Both the position numbers and the translations under genes were made by a program. A stretch of DNA of 64,000 nucleotides, from assembly GCA_045652765.1 (NCBI GenBank), contig JAZOLG010000041.1:7310-71309 (forward strand), in the 5' to 3' direction. Below, in pieces: positions 9,099 through 17,424 of the stretch. The notes below the pieces were generated by a model. That model searched no databases. It was given only the letters and a program-made list of their open reading frames with translations, and was not told where the DNA came from. The DNA is from Bacilli bacterium. Its GTDB lineage: Bacteria; Bacillota_I; Bacilli_A; ML615J-28; CAG-313. The stretch's first letter is position 1; every line of letters begins with the position of its first letter.

Positions 9099-11435
9099 AT
9101 GAATAAATTTGAAAAAAAATTAGAAATAGATGTTATTTTAAATGAATTAAAAGAACATTGTATTATTGATAAAACAAAATTAATTGTCTCAAAACTAAAA
9201 CCAAGTTCTGATTTATTATATTTAAATAATGAACTTGATAAGATAGATGAAGCTCTTCAAATTGTTGAAAGAATGGACAGAGCTCCAATAATGATGACAG
9301 AAGAATATGAATCTGCTATCAAACTTGCGGAAAAAGGTGGTGTTTTATCGGGAAATGAATTATACACTACTATTAAACTGTATAATACAATAAAATACAA
9401 TATTTTATTTTTGAACTCTTTGAAAAAAGAAAATATTAATTGTACTTATTATGAAGAATATGTTAATAATTTATATATTAATGAGTATTTATATAGCAGT
9501 TTAAAGAAAAGTGTTGACGAAGATGGTACAATTTTAGATAATGCTACGCAACAATTAGCAAGTATTCGTCATCGTTTACATACTATTGATGCAAGAATTA
9601 AACAAAAATTACAAGAAATACTAGGTAAAGAAGCATCTAAACTGTCACAAAATACCATATCTATTCGTGATGGACATTATGTTTTACCTGTTAGAGCAGA
9701 ATACAAAAATAGTTTTAAGGGATCTATATTAGATGTTTCTGGTAGTCAACAGACTGTTTATATTGAACCTCAACAAATTATTGAATTGACTAGTAAAAAA
9801 GCAGAACTTATACAAGAAGAAAAAGTTGAAATTGAAAGAATTCTTCGTTTCTTAAGTAAGGATGTAGGTAATGAAGCTACAATTTTACTTGAAAACTATA
9901 GCATAATAGTCAATATAGATTTGATGTTTGCAAAAGCAGTTCTAGCTAAGAAACAAGCAGCTGAAAGACCAAAAATTAATAATGAATTGATTTTAGATTT
10001 AGTAGATGCTCGTCATCCATTGTTGAAGGTAAAGAAAGTTATTCCTAATAACATTTCATTTGATAAATATCAAGGTATAGTTATTACTGGGCCTAATACG
10101 GGTGGTAAAACAGTTTTGTTAAAGACAGTTGGCCTTTTGACAATGATGGTTAAATATGGCCTTCTAATTCCAGCATCTAAAAAAAGTAATGTAATGATTT
10201 ATGATAATATTTATTGTGATATAGGTGATGATCAAAGTATTGAATCGAATTTATCAACATTCTCGGCACATATGACTAATATTGTTAATATTATTGAAAG
10301 TGTTACTCCTAATTCATTAGTACTTTTTGATGAAATTGGTGGTGGAACTGACCCAACTGAAGGATCAAATCTTGCTATTGCTATTTTAGAATATCTTGTA
10401 AATAATAAAATTAGTTTTATTACAACTACGCATTATTCGGAATTAAAGACATATGCATATTCATCAACATTAATTGTTAATGCGTCTATGGAATTTAATA
10501 GAGATACACTTTCTCCTACATATCATTTAAAACTTGGGATTCCTGGGTCATCTAATGCCTTTGAAATTGCAAAAAAGCTAGGATTAAAGAGTGATATAAT
10601 CGAAAATGCACGTTTGAGAACAATTGAAAATAGTAACGATGTATCTGAATTAATTAAAAAGTTGGAGCATACTTCTACAAAATTAGAAGAAAAACTTCAA
10701 GAAACTTTATTTGAAAAAACAGAATATATTAAACTTAATAAAGAACTAGAGCTAAAACTAAAAAAGTTGGAAAAAGATAAAGAAAATATTTTAAACAAAA
10801 TACAACAATCTGCTCTTGAAGAGGTTGAAAAAGTTAAAAATAATGCATTAGAACTTTTAGATGAAATTAAAAGTCAAAAATCAAACAATCTTAAATTACA
10901 TGAGGCTATTGCATTACAAAAAATGGTTGATGATATAGAAGTTAAGACAAATAAACCTAAGAAAACTACTAAAAAAGTAAATACTAGACCTTTAAAAGAA
11001 GGCGATGATGTTTATTCTAAAGATTATGATCAATATGGTGTAATTGTTAAGAAATTAAAAAATGGTGACTTTAACGTTAATTTTGGTAACTTTGTTATTA
11101 AAATGGAATCAAGTGAATTAGAATTAGTTACAAAAGATGAAACACCTAAACCAAAGGTAAATGTCACAAGAAGTGTTGTTTCAAAAGCAAGAGTAGGTTT
11201 ATCACTTGATTTAAGAGGTGAACGTTATGAAGACGCTAAAGAAAAACTTGATAGATATTTTGATGATGCATTGTTTTCAGGTATTAAGCAATTTACTATT
11301 ATTCACGGATATGGTACAGGTACAATAAGAACACTAGTTCAAAATTATGTTAAAAATAGCAAATTAGTTGATTCTTATCGTTATGGTGGCCAAGGCGAAG
11401 GAGGCATGGGTTCAACTGTTGTAACTTTAAAGTAA
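9099..11435 (+). CDS. mutS2: Endonuclease MutS2 (ribosome-rescue/anti-recombination factor)
   Basis: GPNTGGKT Walker A, DEIGGGTDP, C-terminal Smr domain (LDLRG, IIHGYGTG). Confidence 0.95.
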   Translation: MNKFEKKLEIDVILNELKEHCIIDKTKLIVSKLKPSSDLLYLNNELDKIDEALQIVERMDRAPIMMTEEYESAIKLAEKGGVLSGNELYTTIKLYNTIKYNILFLNSLKKENINCTYYEEYVNNLYINEYLYSSLKKSVDEDGTILDNATQQLASIRHRLHTIDARIKQKLQEILGKEASKLSQNTISIRDGHYVLPVRAEYKNSFKGSILDVSGSQQTVYIEPQQIIELTSKKAELIQEEKVEIERILRFLSKDVGNEATILLENYSIIVNIDLMFAKAVLAKKQAAERPKINNELILDLVDARHPLLKVKKVIPNNISFDKYQGIVITGPNTGGKTVLLKTVGLLTMMVKYGLLIPASKKSNVMIYDNIYCDIGDDQSIESNLSTFSAHMTNIVNIIESVTPNSLVLFDEIGGGTDPTEGSNLAIAILEYLVNNKISFITTTHYSELKTYAYSSTLIVNASMEFNRDTLSPTYHLKLGIPGSSNAFEIAKKLGLKSDIIENARLRTIENSNDVSELIKKLEHTSTKLEEKLQETLFEKTEYIKLNKELELKLKKLEKDKENILNKIQQSALEEVEKVKNNALELLDEIKSQKSNNLKLHEAIALQKMVDDIEVKTNKPKKTTKKVNTRPLKEGDDVYSKDYDQYGVIVKKLKNGDFNVNFGNFVIKMESSELELVTKDETPKPKVNVTRSVVSKARVGLSLDLRGERYEDAKEKLDRYFDDALFSGIKQFTIIHGYGTGTIRTLVQNYVKNSKLVDSYRYGGQGEGGMGSTVVTLK

Positions 11436-11442
11436 TATTTTC

Positions 11443-11472
11443 TTGCAAAAACTATTAATAAAATGTTATAAT
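11443..11472 (+). promoter_or_regulatory. SigA-type promoter
   Basis: TTGCAA-18-TGnTATAAT upstream of ORF 11490. Confidence 0.65.
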
Positions 11473-11489
11473 ATAGATGGGAGGTTTTT

Positions 11490-12092
11490 ATGATAAAAAG
11501 AAAACAAAATAAATCATTAAGTCATGAAAGATTTAATAGTTTATTTAGTAAGAGTAAGACTTATCGACCTTTGTTTATTGATGTAGAATCATTTGATGAT
11601 TTAAATGCTAGAAACAAAGACACTGAAAAAGAAAATAGAGATAATGTCATTACTACAAAAGTAGTAAAAAAACCTTCTAAATTAACTATTATTGAACCTA
11701 CTTTTACTAATTTTTTACATCAATTAAATCCTGATATGAAGTATTTGTATAATGAAATTAAAAATTTACTATTAAGTTATAATGAAATGATTTCAAATAT
11801 AGGAATATACGCTGAAACTTTTATGATTAATAAAAAGTTACAATTTACTTTGTCTTTTGTTGGTAATTATGTTCAACTAAAATATAACAAAGTAATATAT
11901 AATATTGATGCAGTGAATAAAATTAAATTACTAGATGATGAAATAAAACTTTTGATGCATGAAAACAATGTTAATAAAAAAGCTGATTATCAAAAGGTTG
12001 ATTATATTAGCGAATTTCCTCAACTAGATAAATGTGTAATTATGGATGAAGAAATAGTAGGAAATCTACCATTTAAAACAATAAAAAAATAA
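11490..12092 (+). CDS. Hypothetical soluble protein
   Basis: 200-aa ORF with SD GGAGG; no confident family assignment. Confidence 0.7.
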   Translation: MIKRKQNKSLSHERFNSLFSKSKTYRPLFIDVESFDDLNARNKDTEKENRDNVITTKVVKKPSKLTIIEPTFTNFLHQLNPDMKYLYNEIKNLLLSYNEMISNIGIYAETFMINKKLQFTLSFVGNYVQLKYNKVIYNIDAVNKIKLLDDEIKLLMHENNVNKKADYQKVDYISEFPQLDKCVIMDEEIVGNLPFKTIKK

Positions 12093-12106
12093 AGGAGAGG
12101 ATTATT

Positions 12107-12829
12107 ATGAATTTATTAGAAAAAAAAGAGTATGTTTTACAAAACATTGGTGTTGTACCTATTGAAGAATTAGATGCTTACAACGAAAACTTTGCACATG
12201 TATTTACAAAAAACTCATCTTCATTTGAAGGTGAAAGAGTAACTCTTGCTCAAGTAATTCAAGTAGTTAAAGGTAGTAAGTTTAGTGGAGATGAAATTCT
12301 TGATCGTACAATTTATAATAACTATGTAACATTCCAAGAAGTTATGGAAGACGCAAAGTTAAAAAAACCACTTACTGAAGAATATTTGAAAGATATTCAT
12401 GAAAAATTAATGGCTGGTATTCAAAATGGTGGTTTATATCGTAATGTTGATATTAAAATCAAAGGCAGCAATCATACTCCATGCAGCTATTTAAAAGTTT
12501 ATGACAGAATGGCTAAATTCTTTTATGATATTAATGCTGGAGAAAAATCTGATTTAGAACTAGTTGCATATACTCATTTACAAATTGCAAAAGTTCATCC
12601 ATTCCTAGATGGTAACGGACGTTTAGCAAGATTAATGCTTAATTATCAATTAGTTGCAGCAGGATATTTACCTGTTTCATTTAAAGCAAAAGTTAAAGAA
12701 AGATATTTTAACGCCTTAGAAGAATTTAAAGTAAATAAAACAGAAGAACCATTTATGGCTCTTTTAGATAAAGTATTAAATCGTGAATATGATCGTATGA
12801 TCGAATTAATCGATAAATATAAAAAATAA
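12107..12829 (+). CDS. fic: Fic-domain protein (canonical, class II)
   Basis: HPFLDGNGRLAR catalytic motif; N-terminal inhibitory motif SSSFEG matching (S/T)xxxE(G/N). Confidence 0.92.
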   Translation: MNLLEKKEYVLQNIGVVPIEELDAYNENFAHVFTKNSSSFEGERVTLAQVIQVVKGSKFSGDEILDRTIYNNYVTFQEVMEDAKLKKPLTEEYLKDIHEKLMAGIQNGGLYRNVDIKIKGSNHTPCSYLKVYDRMAKFFYDINAGEKSDLELVAYTHLQIAKVHPFLDGNGRLARLMLNYQLVAAGYLPVSFKAKVKERYFNALEEFKVNKTEEPFMALLDKVLNREYDRMIELIDKYKK

Positions 12830-12843
12830 TAATCAAAATAACT

Positions 12844-12871
12844 AAAAACACTAACGAACGTTAGTGTTTTT
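12844..12871 (+). terminator. Intrinsic terminator
   Basis: AAAAACACTAACG-AA-CGTTAGTGTTTTT. Confidence 0.8.
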
Positions 12872-12933
12872 TATTATATTACTTTAAAAAAATATCAAAA
12901 AATGATATAATATCAGTGAGAAAAGAGGTCATT

Positions 12934-13464
12934 ATGAATAACAAAATAGAAATTATTAGTTATAAACATAATGGTGACCTGCATCGTGTCTGGCATAATG
13001 CTAATGTTGTTCGACATAATGAAAAAGAATTTGTAGTAGTAAATGATCACGCTAACGTTATTGATGGCGACGGAAGACGTTGGAAAACAAAAGAACCGGC
13101 AGTATGCTATTTTTATAAAGATTATTGGTTTAATGTAATATGCATGCTAAGAAATGGTTCAATATATTATTACTGCAATCTAAGTTCACCTTATGTTGTC
13201 GATAGTGAAGGTATTAAGTACATTGATTACGAGTTAGATGTTAAAGTATTCCCAAGTGGAGATCGATTGATTTTGGACCGAGATGAATTTGAATTCAATC
13301 AAATTCATTACAATTATTCACAAGAATTAATTAATATTATTGAAAAACAGCTTAAGGTTTTGCTGGAAATGATTGATTCTAAAGAAGGACCATTTTCATC
13401 TGAATTAGTTTTTGGTGATTACGACCTATACACTATGAAGAAAAAAACAAAAGTAAAAAAATAA
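12934..13464 (+). CDS. DUF402/YgaC (Ntdp-like nucleoside tri/diphosphate phosphatase)
   Basis: SYKHNGDLHRVW, YYYCNLSSP, YIDYELDV, LDRDEF motifs; SD GAGG before ATG 12934. Confidence 0.85.
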   Translation: MNNKIEIISYKHNGDLHRVWHNANVVRHNEKEFVVVNDHANVIDGDGRRWKTKEPAVCYFYKDYWFNVICMLRNGSIYYYCNLSSPYVVDSEGIKYIDYELDVKVFPSGDRLILDRDEFEFNQIHYNYSQELINIIEKQLKVLLEMIDSKEGPFSSELVFGDYDLYTMKKKTKVKK

Positions 13465-13499
13465 AATGGATATTTCCATTTTATTTTTTTATTTATTGG

Positions 13500-13527
13500 T
13501 CATATTTTAAATATTTATTCATAAAAT
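13500..13527 (+). promoter_or_regulatory. Possible sigmaE-like promoter of spoIVA
   Basis: TCATATT-13-CATAAAAT; spacer one base shorter than the usual 14; AT-rich background. Confidence 0.35.
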
Positions 13528-13569
13528 TTATTGACATAATAATATCGGGATAAATTATGACGAAAGAGA

Positions 13570-15087
13570 GTGAAGAAAATTAGAAAAGTTATCCCCCCAA
13601 TTTTGGGCTTTTCTAACAATGATATGAGTGATAGTGTAATTAAAGATGTTGCGACTCGTACTAATGGAGAAATCTACTTAGGCGTAGTTGGTTCAGTTAG
13701 AAGTGGGAAAAGTACTTTTATTCGTCGTTTTATCGAAAGAAAAGTACTACCTTTAGTGGATGAAGAAAGCGTGAAACAAAAAATAATTGATGAACTTCCA
13801 CAAAGTGGTGATGGTAAAACAATAATGACAGTTGAACCTAAATTTATACCAAGTAATCAAACGTTTATCAATTTTGAAGATATAGGTTTTAACGTCAGAC
13901 TTGTAGATTGTGTAGGATATGTTATTCCGTCATCAAAAGGTTATTTAAATGAGGATGGTTCTAATAGAATGGTGAAAACACCTTGGTTTACCGAAGAGGT
14001 TAGTTTTCAAGAAGCAGCAACAATTGGAACAAAGAAAGTTATTGATGCTCATTCACATGTAGGAATTATTATTACAAGTGATGGAAGTTTTGGCGAATTT
14101 ACGGAAAATGAATATGACAATGTTTTAGAAAAAGTAGTTGGTGAATTACAAAATGCTGACAAACCATTTGTAATAGTATTAAATACAATATCACCTAATA
14201 GTGATTATGTAAAAGATAAGGTAGAAAATTTAAAAGAACAATATGGTACTGCAGTAATAGCATTAAATGTCAACGAAATGACGGAAAATGATATTGATAA
14301 TCTTCTTAAAGAAGCATTAAGTGAATTTAAAATCAATGATTTATCAATTGATTTGCCAGAATGGGTTAGTAATTTAAGTTCAACTATTTCATATAAATCT
14401 CAACTTAATCAAGTTTTAAATGATTTAAAAAAATATGAAAGAATGAAAGAAGCATACTCTTTACAAGATACTCTAGTACAATCAGGATTATTTGAATCTG
14501 CTAAAATTACAGAAATTGACTCTGGAACAGGTAATGTAACAATTAGTTTGGAAGTGAATGATGATATTTATAGTTCTTGTATTGAAGAAATAATTGGTGA
14601 TAAATTAGATGATAAAGCAAAACTTATAGAAATTTTACAAGACTATCAAGAAAATAAAATCATGTGCAACAAAATTAAACCAGCTTTAAAAGGTTTAGAA
14701 ACGCAAGGATATGGTATAGCTTTGCCAGAAATCACTGATATGCAATTGTCAAACCCGGAATTATCTAAACAAGGTGGAAGATACGGCATTAAAATAAACG
14801 CTACTGCACCGGCTATTTTTATGGTTAAAATAGATGTCGAATCTTCATTTGAACCAATTATTGGATCAAAAGAGCAGGCTGAAGTGTTAGTTGAACATAT
14901 GACTAAAGATAGTAATGAAAATATTTGGAATAGTGAAATTTTTGGAAGAAAATTGTGCGATGTTATTAATGATGGTGTAAGAGCTAAAATTAATGCTATT
15001 CCAGAAGTTGTTCAGTACAAATATAAAGATGCAATTAATAAAGTTGTTAATAAAACTAAAGGCGGAGTAATAGCAATTGTATTATAA
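13570..15087 (+). CDS. spoIVA: Stage IV sporulation protein A (coat morphogenetic ATPase); start GTG 13570 or ATG 13624
   Basis: IYLGVVGSVRSGKSTFIRRF, MTVEPKF, RLVDCVGY, C-terminal GGVIAIVL; followed by HU as in spoIVA-hbs. Confidence 0.95.
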   Translation: MKKIRKVIPPILGFSNNDMSDSVIKDVATRTNGEIYLGVVGSVRSGKSTFIRRFIERKVLPLVDEESVKQKIIDELPQSGDGKTIMTVEPKFIPSNQTFINFEDIGFNVRLVDCVGYVIPSSKGYLNEDGSNRMVKTPWFTEEVSFQEAATIGTKKVIDAHSHVGIIITSDGSFGEFTENEYDNVLEKVVGELQNADKPFVIVLNTISPNSDYVKDKVENLKEQYGTAVIALNVNEMTENDIDNLLKEALSEFKINDLSIDLPEWVSNLSSTISYKSQLNQVLNDLKKYERMKEAYSLQDTLVQSGLFESAKITEIDSGTGNVTISLEVNDDIYSSCIEEIIGDKLDDKAKLIEILQDYQENKIMCNKIKPALKGLETQGYGIALPEITDMQLSNPELSKQGGRYGIKINATAPAIFMVKIDVESSFEPIIGSKEQAEVLVEHMTKDSNENIWNSEIFGRKLCDVINDGVRAKINAIPEVVQYKYKDAINKVVNKTKGGVIAIVL

Positions 15088-15113
15088 AAAAAGTGGCTTT
15101 TTACCTATATTTT

Positions 15114-15142
15114 TTGACAAATGATTCAAAAAATGATATAAT
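15114..15142 (+). promoter_or_regulatory. SigA promoter (consensus)
   Basis: TTGACA-17-TGnTATAAT upstream of HU gene. Confidence 0.85.
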
Positions 15143-15161
15143 TGTTATGAGGTAATAAGAC

Positions 15162-15440
15162 ATGAAGAAAAAAGATATTATTGAAGCTATTTTCCAAAAT
15201 AATGAATATTATAAACAAGATATTGAAAATGTAGTAAATCAAGTATTTGAAATTTTAACAAAAGGATTAGAGACTGAAGATAAGGTAATGATTAGTAATT
15301 TTGGAACTTTTGAAAAAGTTTTGCAAGAAGATTACTATGGTGTTAATCCTATTACTGGTGAAAGACAACTTGTCAAAGGTGGCTATAGAATTCGCTTTAC
15401 TTCCAGCAAACATTTAAAAGAATGTATAAACAAAAAATAA
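15162..15440 (+). CDS. hup: HU/IHF-family DNA-binding protein (divergent)
   Basis: NFGTFE and NPITGE motifs, 92 aa; spoIVA-hbs synteny. Confidence 0.85.
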   Translation: MKKKDIIEAIFQNNEYYKQDIENVVNQVFEILTKGLETEDKVMISNFGTFEKVLQEDYYGVNPITGERQLVKGGYRIRFTSSKHLKECINKK

Positions 15441-15478
15441 GGCTTATTTCAAGAACAATTGTTCTTAAAAATAAGCCT
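15439..15478. terminator. Bidirectional terminator hairpin
   Basis: AAGGCTTATTT...AAATAAGCCTT with inner AAGAAC-AATT-GTTCTT, between convergent genes. Confidence 0.75.
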
Positions 15479-15482
15479 TTTT

Positions 15483-16352
15483 TTATATAAATTTAATAAG
15501 TAATAAATTTATTATTACTGATGCTGCATTGTTGAACATGTGAACAAGAGTAGGTACAACGAAGTTTTCATCAGAATCTGCATAAATGTATCCTAATACA
15601 CATCCCATGACACAATATGGAATACCAAGTAAAAATTCTGTAATGATTAATTTAAATGATGAACCATCTAAAATCATAATTAATATAGCGGTAGCAACAT
15701 GGATTCCTCCAAATAGTATACCAGTAATTAAAATTTTTAAATTTTTTGAAAGATTATATCGTTTTAAATAACTAAACATTGATTTTCTAAAAATTAATTC
15801 TTCAACAATAGGAGCTGCAATTATTAATATACCACAGTATAATATAACAGCAAAAGTTTGTGATGAATGTAACATATCAACAATTTGTGTTTGATTTTCA
15901 GATTCATCAACGATTCTAAGTAGCATTAAAACTAAATTGCATATGTAAGAGGCAATGTAAACAAAACAAATCCCTTTGCCAGCTTTTTTAAAAGTGCTTT
16001 TAAGATTAATTTTAGTTCTTAGTAAATCGTTCTGGATAGCTTTACGTAATAATAATACTAAAACTATAAATATAGCAAGATATACACTTATTTGTGTCCA
16101 TAAATTAACAAAATCTGAAAAATGCTGTGTATATACCAATTCACCGTTAGTGTTTTGATATCCACTTGGCATATCAAATATTAATTTATATAATGCCATT
16201 ATGATTGTTTGAGCAACAGATGATGCGAAATACATGCATATAAAGTAAATAATAATTGTTTTTAGATAATGGTTCGATGGATATTCAATATCAACAGATG
16301 AGGTAGATATTGAATCACTATTAATATCGATTGTTTTATTTTGATTATTCAT
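15483..16352 (-). CDS. CPBP (CAAX/Abi) family intramembrane metalloprotease
   Basis: APIVEELIFR, FGGIH, HMFNN motifs; SD GAAGGTGA supports ATG 16352. Confidence 0.9.
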   Translation of the reverse strand: MNNQNKTIDINSDSISTSSVDIEYPSNHYLKTIIIYFICMYFASSVAQTIIMALYKLIFDMPSGYQNTNGELVYTQHFSDFVNLWTQISVYLAIFIVLVLLLRKAIQNDLLRTKINLKSTFKKAGKGICFVYIASYICNLVLMLLRIVDESENQTQIVDMLHSSQTFAVILYCGILIIAAPIVEELIFRKSMFSYLKRYNLSKNLKILITGILFGGIHVATAILIMILDGSSFKLIITEFLLGIPYCVMGCVLGYIYADSDENFVVPTLVHMFNNAASVIINLLLIKFI

Positions 16353-16462
16353 TAAATCACCTTCTTTATTATAATATAACATTTTTACAAAAAAAATACA
16401 AATGTTATTATAAAAATTGGAATAAAACATAATTATATAGCGTAGTATTAATGAGGTGTTTT

Positions 16463-17311
16463 ATGAAGAAAAGAATAATAATAATTGTTGCTTGTATATT
16501 AGGTGTTGTAGCAATTACAGCATTAATTATACCTAAAGATGTTTATGCAAAATGGTTTGGTAAAAATAATGTCAATGAAAATCAAAGTGCATACAATTTA
16601 TTAGTATATACTAAAAGTGATAAAAACCAAGTTGTTGGCGTTAATGTTGGAGTGGAAACATTAGAAGAAGATCAAATAAGACAAAAATGGGATATTTTGA
16701 CTTCCAATTCTGATTTATTACCAGAAGGTTATGCTAGTTTATTGACTAAAGATATTGTATTAAATGATTATCAAATTGATGAAAGAACATTAAAATTAGA
16801 TGTTTCGGAAAATATCATAGATATAAATCGACAAGCATTGGAAGCTTTGGTGTGGACATATGTAAATGATGATATTGATAATTTAGAAATTTATGTCAAT
16901 GGTAAAATAATTAATGAAGTTAGTGATTATACATTTTATGAATTAAATAAGAATATGGGTATTAATTTAACATATGAAACATTATATTTATACGAGTCAA
17001 CTGCAACAACAGTTGTATATCATGAAGACAATTGCATACGTCCAGTTACATATTTTCATTTGAATGATGATTTATGTGATTATATTGTTATGAAAATATT
17101 AGATAATATTGATTTAAATGAATATGATTATACATTAGAAGACAGTGTATTAACCCTTGATTTTGTTGATGCAAGTATTCTATCAACTAATCAAATAGCA
17201 TCAATTTCTGAAACGGTTGCATTAAATTTTGATTTAAATAGTTTAAACATTAACAATAATGAAAATGTGTTTTATCAAAGAGTATTTAATGAAATTGTAG
17301 AAAACGAATAA
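16463..17311 (+). CDS. gerM: GerM-like sporulation/germination protein (GerMN domain)
   Basis: N-terminal hydrophobic anchor; GerMN-like LKLDVSEN...ALVWT...IYVNGK, GIN and PVT motifs; directly upstream of rdgB as in gerM-rph-rdgB. Confidence 0.65.
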   Translation: MKKRIIIIVACILGVVAITALIIPKDVYAKWFGKNNVNENQSAYNLLVYTKSDKNQVVGVNVGVETLEEDQIRQKWDILTSNSDLLPEGYASLLTKDIVLNDYQIDERTLKLDVSENIIDINRQALEALVWTYVNDDIDNLEIYVNGKIINEVSDYTFYELNKNMGINLTYETLYLYESTATTVVYHEDNCIRPVTYFHLNDDLCDYIVMKILDNIDLNEYDYTLEDSVLTLDFVDASILSTNQIASISETVALNFDLNSLNINNNENVFYQRVFNEIVENE

Positions 17312-17346
17312 AAAAGTGAAGAAATTCACTTTTTTATTTTATTGAC

Positions 17347-17375
17347 TTGAAAATTTATGAAAATAAGCGTATAAT
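17347..17375 (+). promoter_or_regulatory. SigA promoter
   Basis: TTGAAA-17-TATAAT. Confidence 0.7.
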
Positions 17376-17424
17376 AAGTAAATGTAAAAGGTAAAAAAAT
17401 AGAGATTGTATAAATGAGGTATTT

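Noticed and set aside
15453-15464. GAAC-AATT-GTTC, a perfect core of the Firmicutes LexA (Cheo) box
   Set aside because: Lies inside the terminator hairpin between two convergent gene ends, not near a promoter; explained by the stem symmetry
16408-16436. SigmaE-like promoter upstream of gerM (TTATAAA-13-CATAATTA)
   Set aside because: Weak match with off spacing in nearly pure AT sequence; not distinguishable from chance
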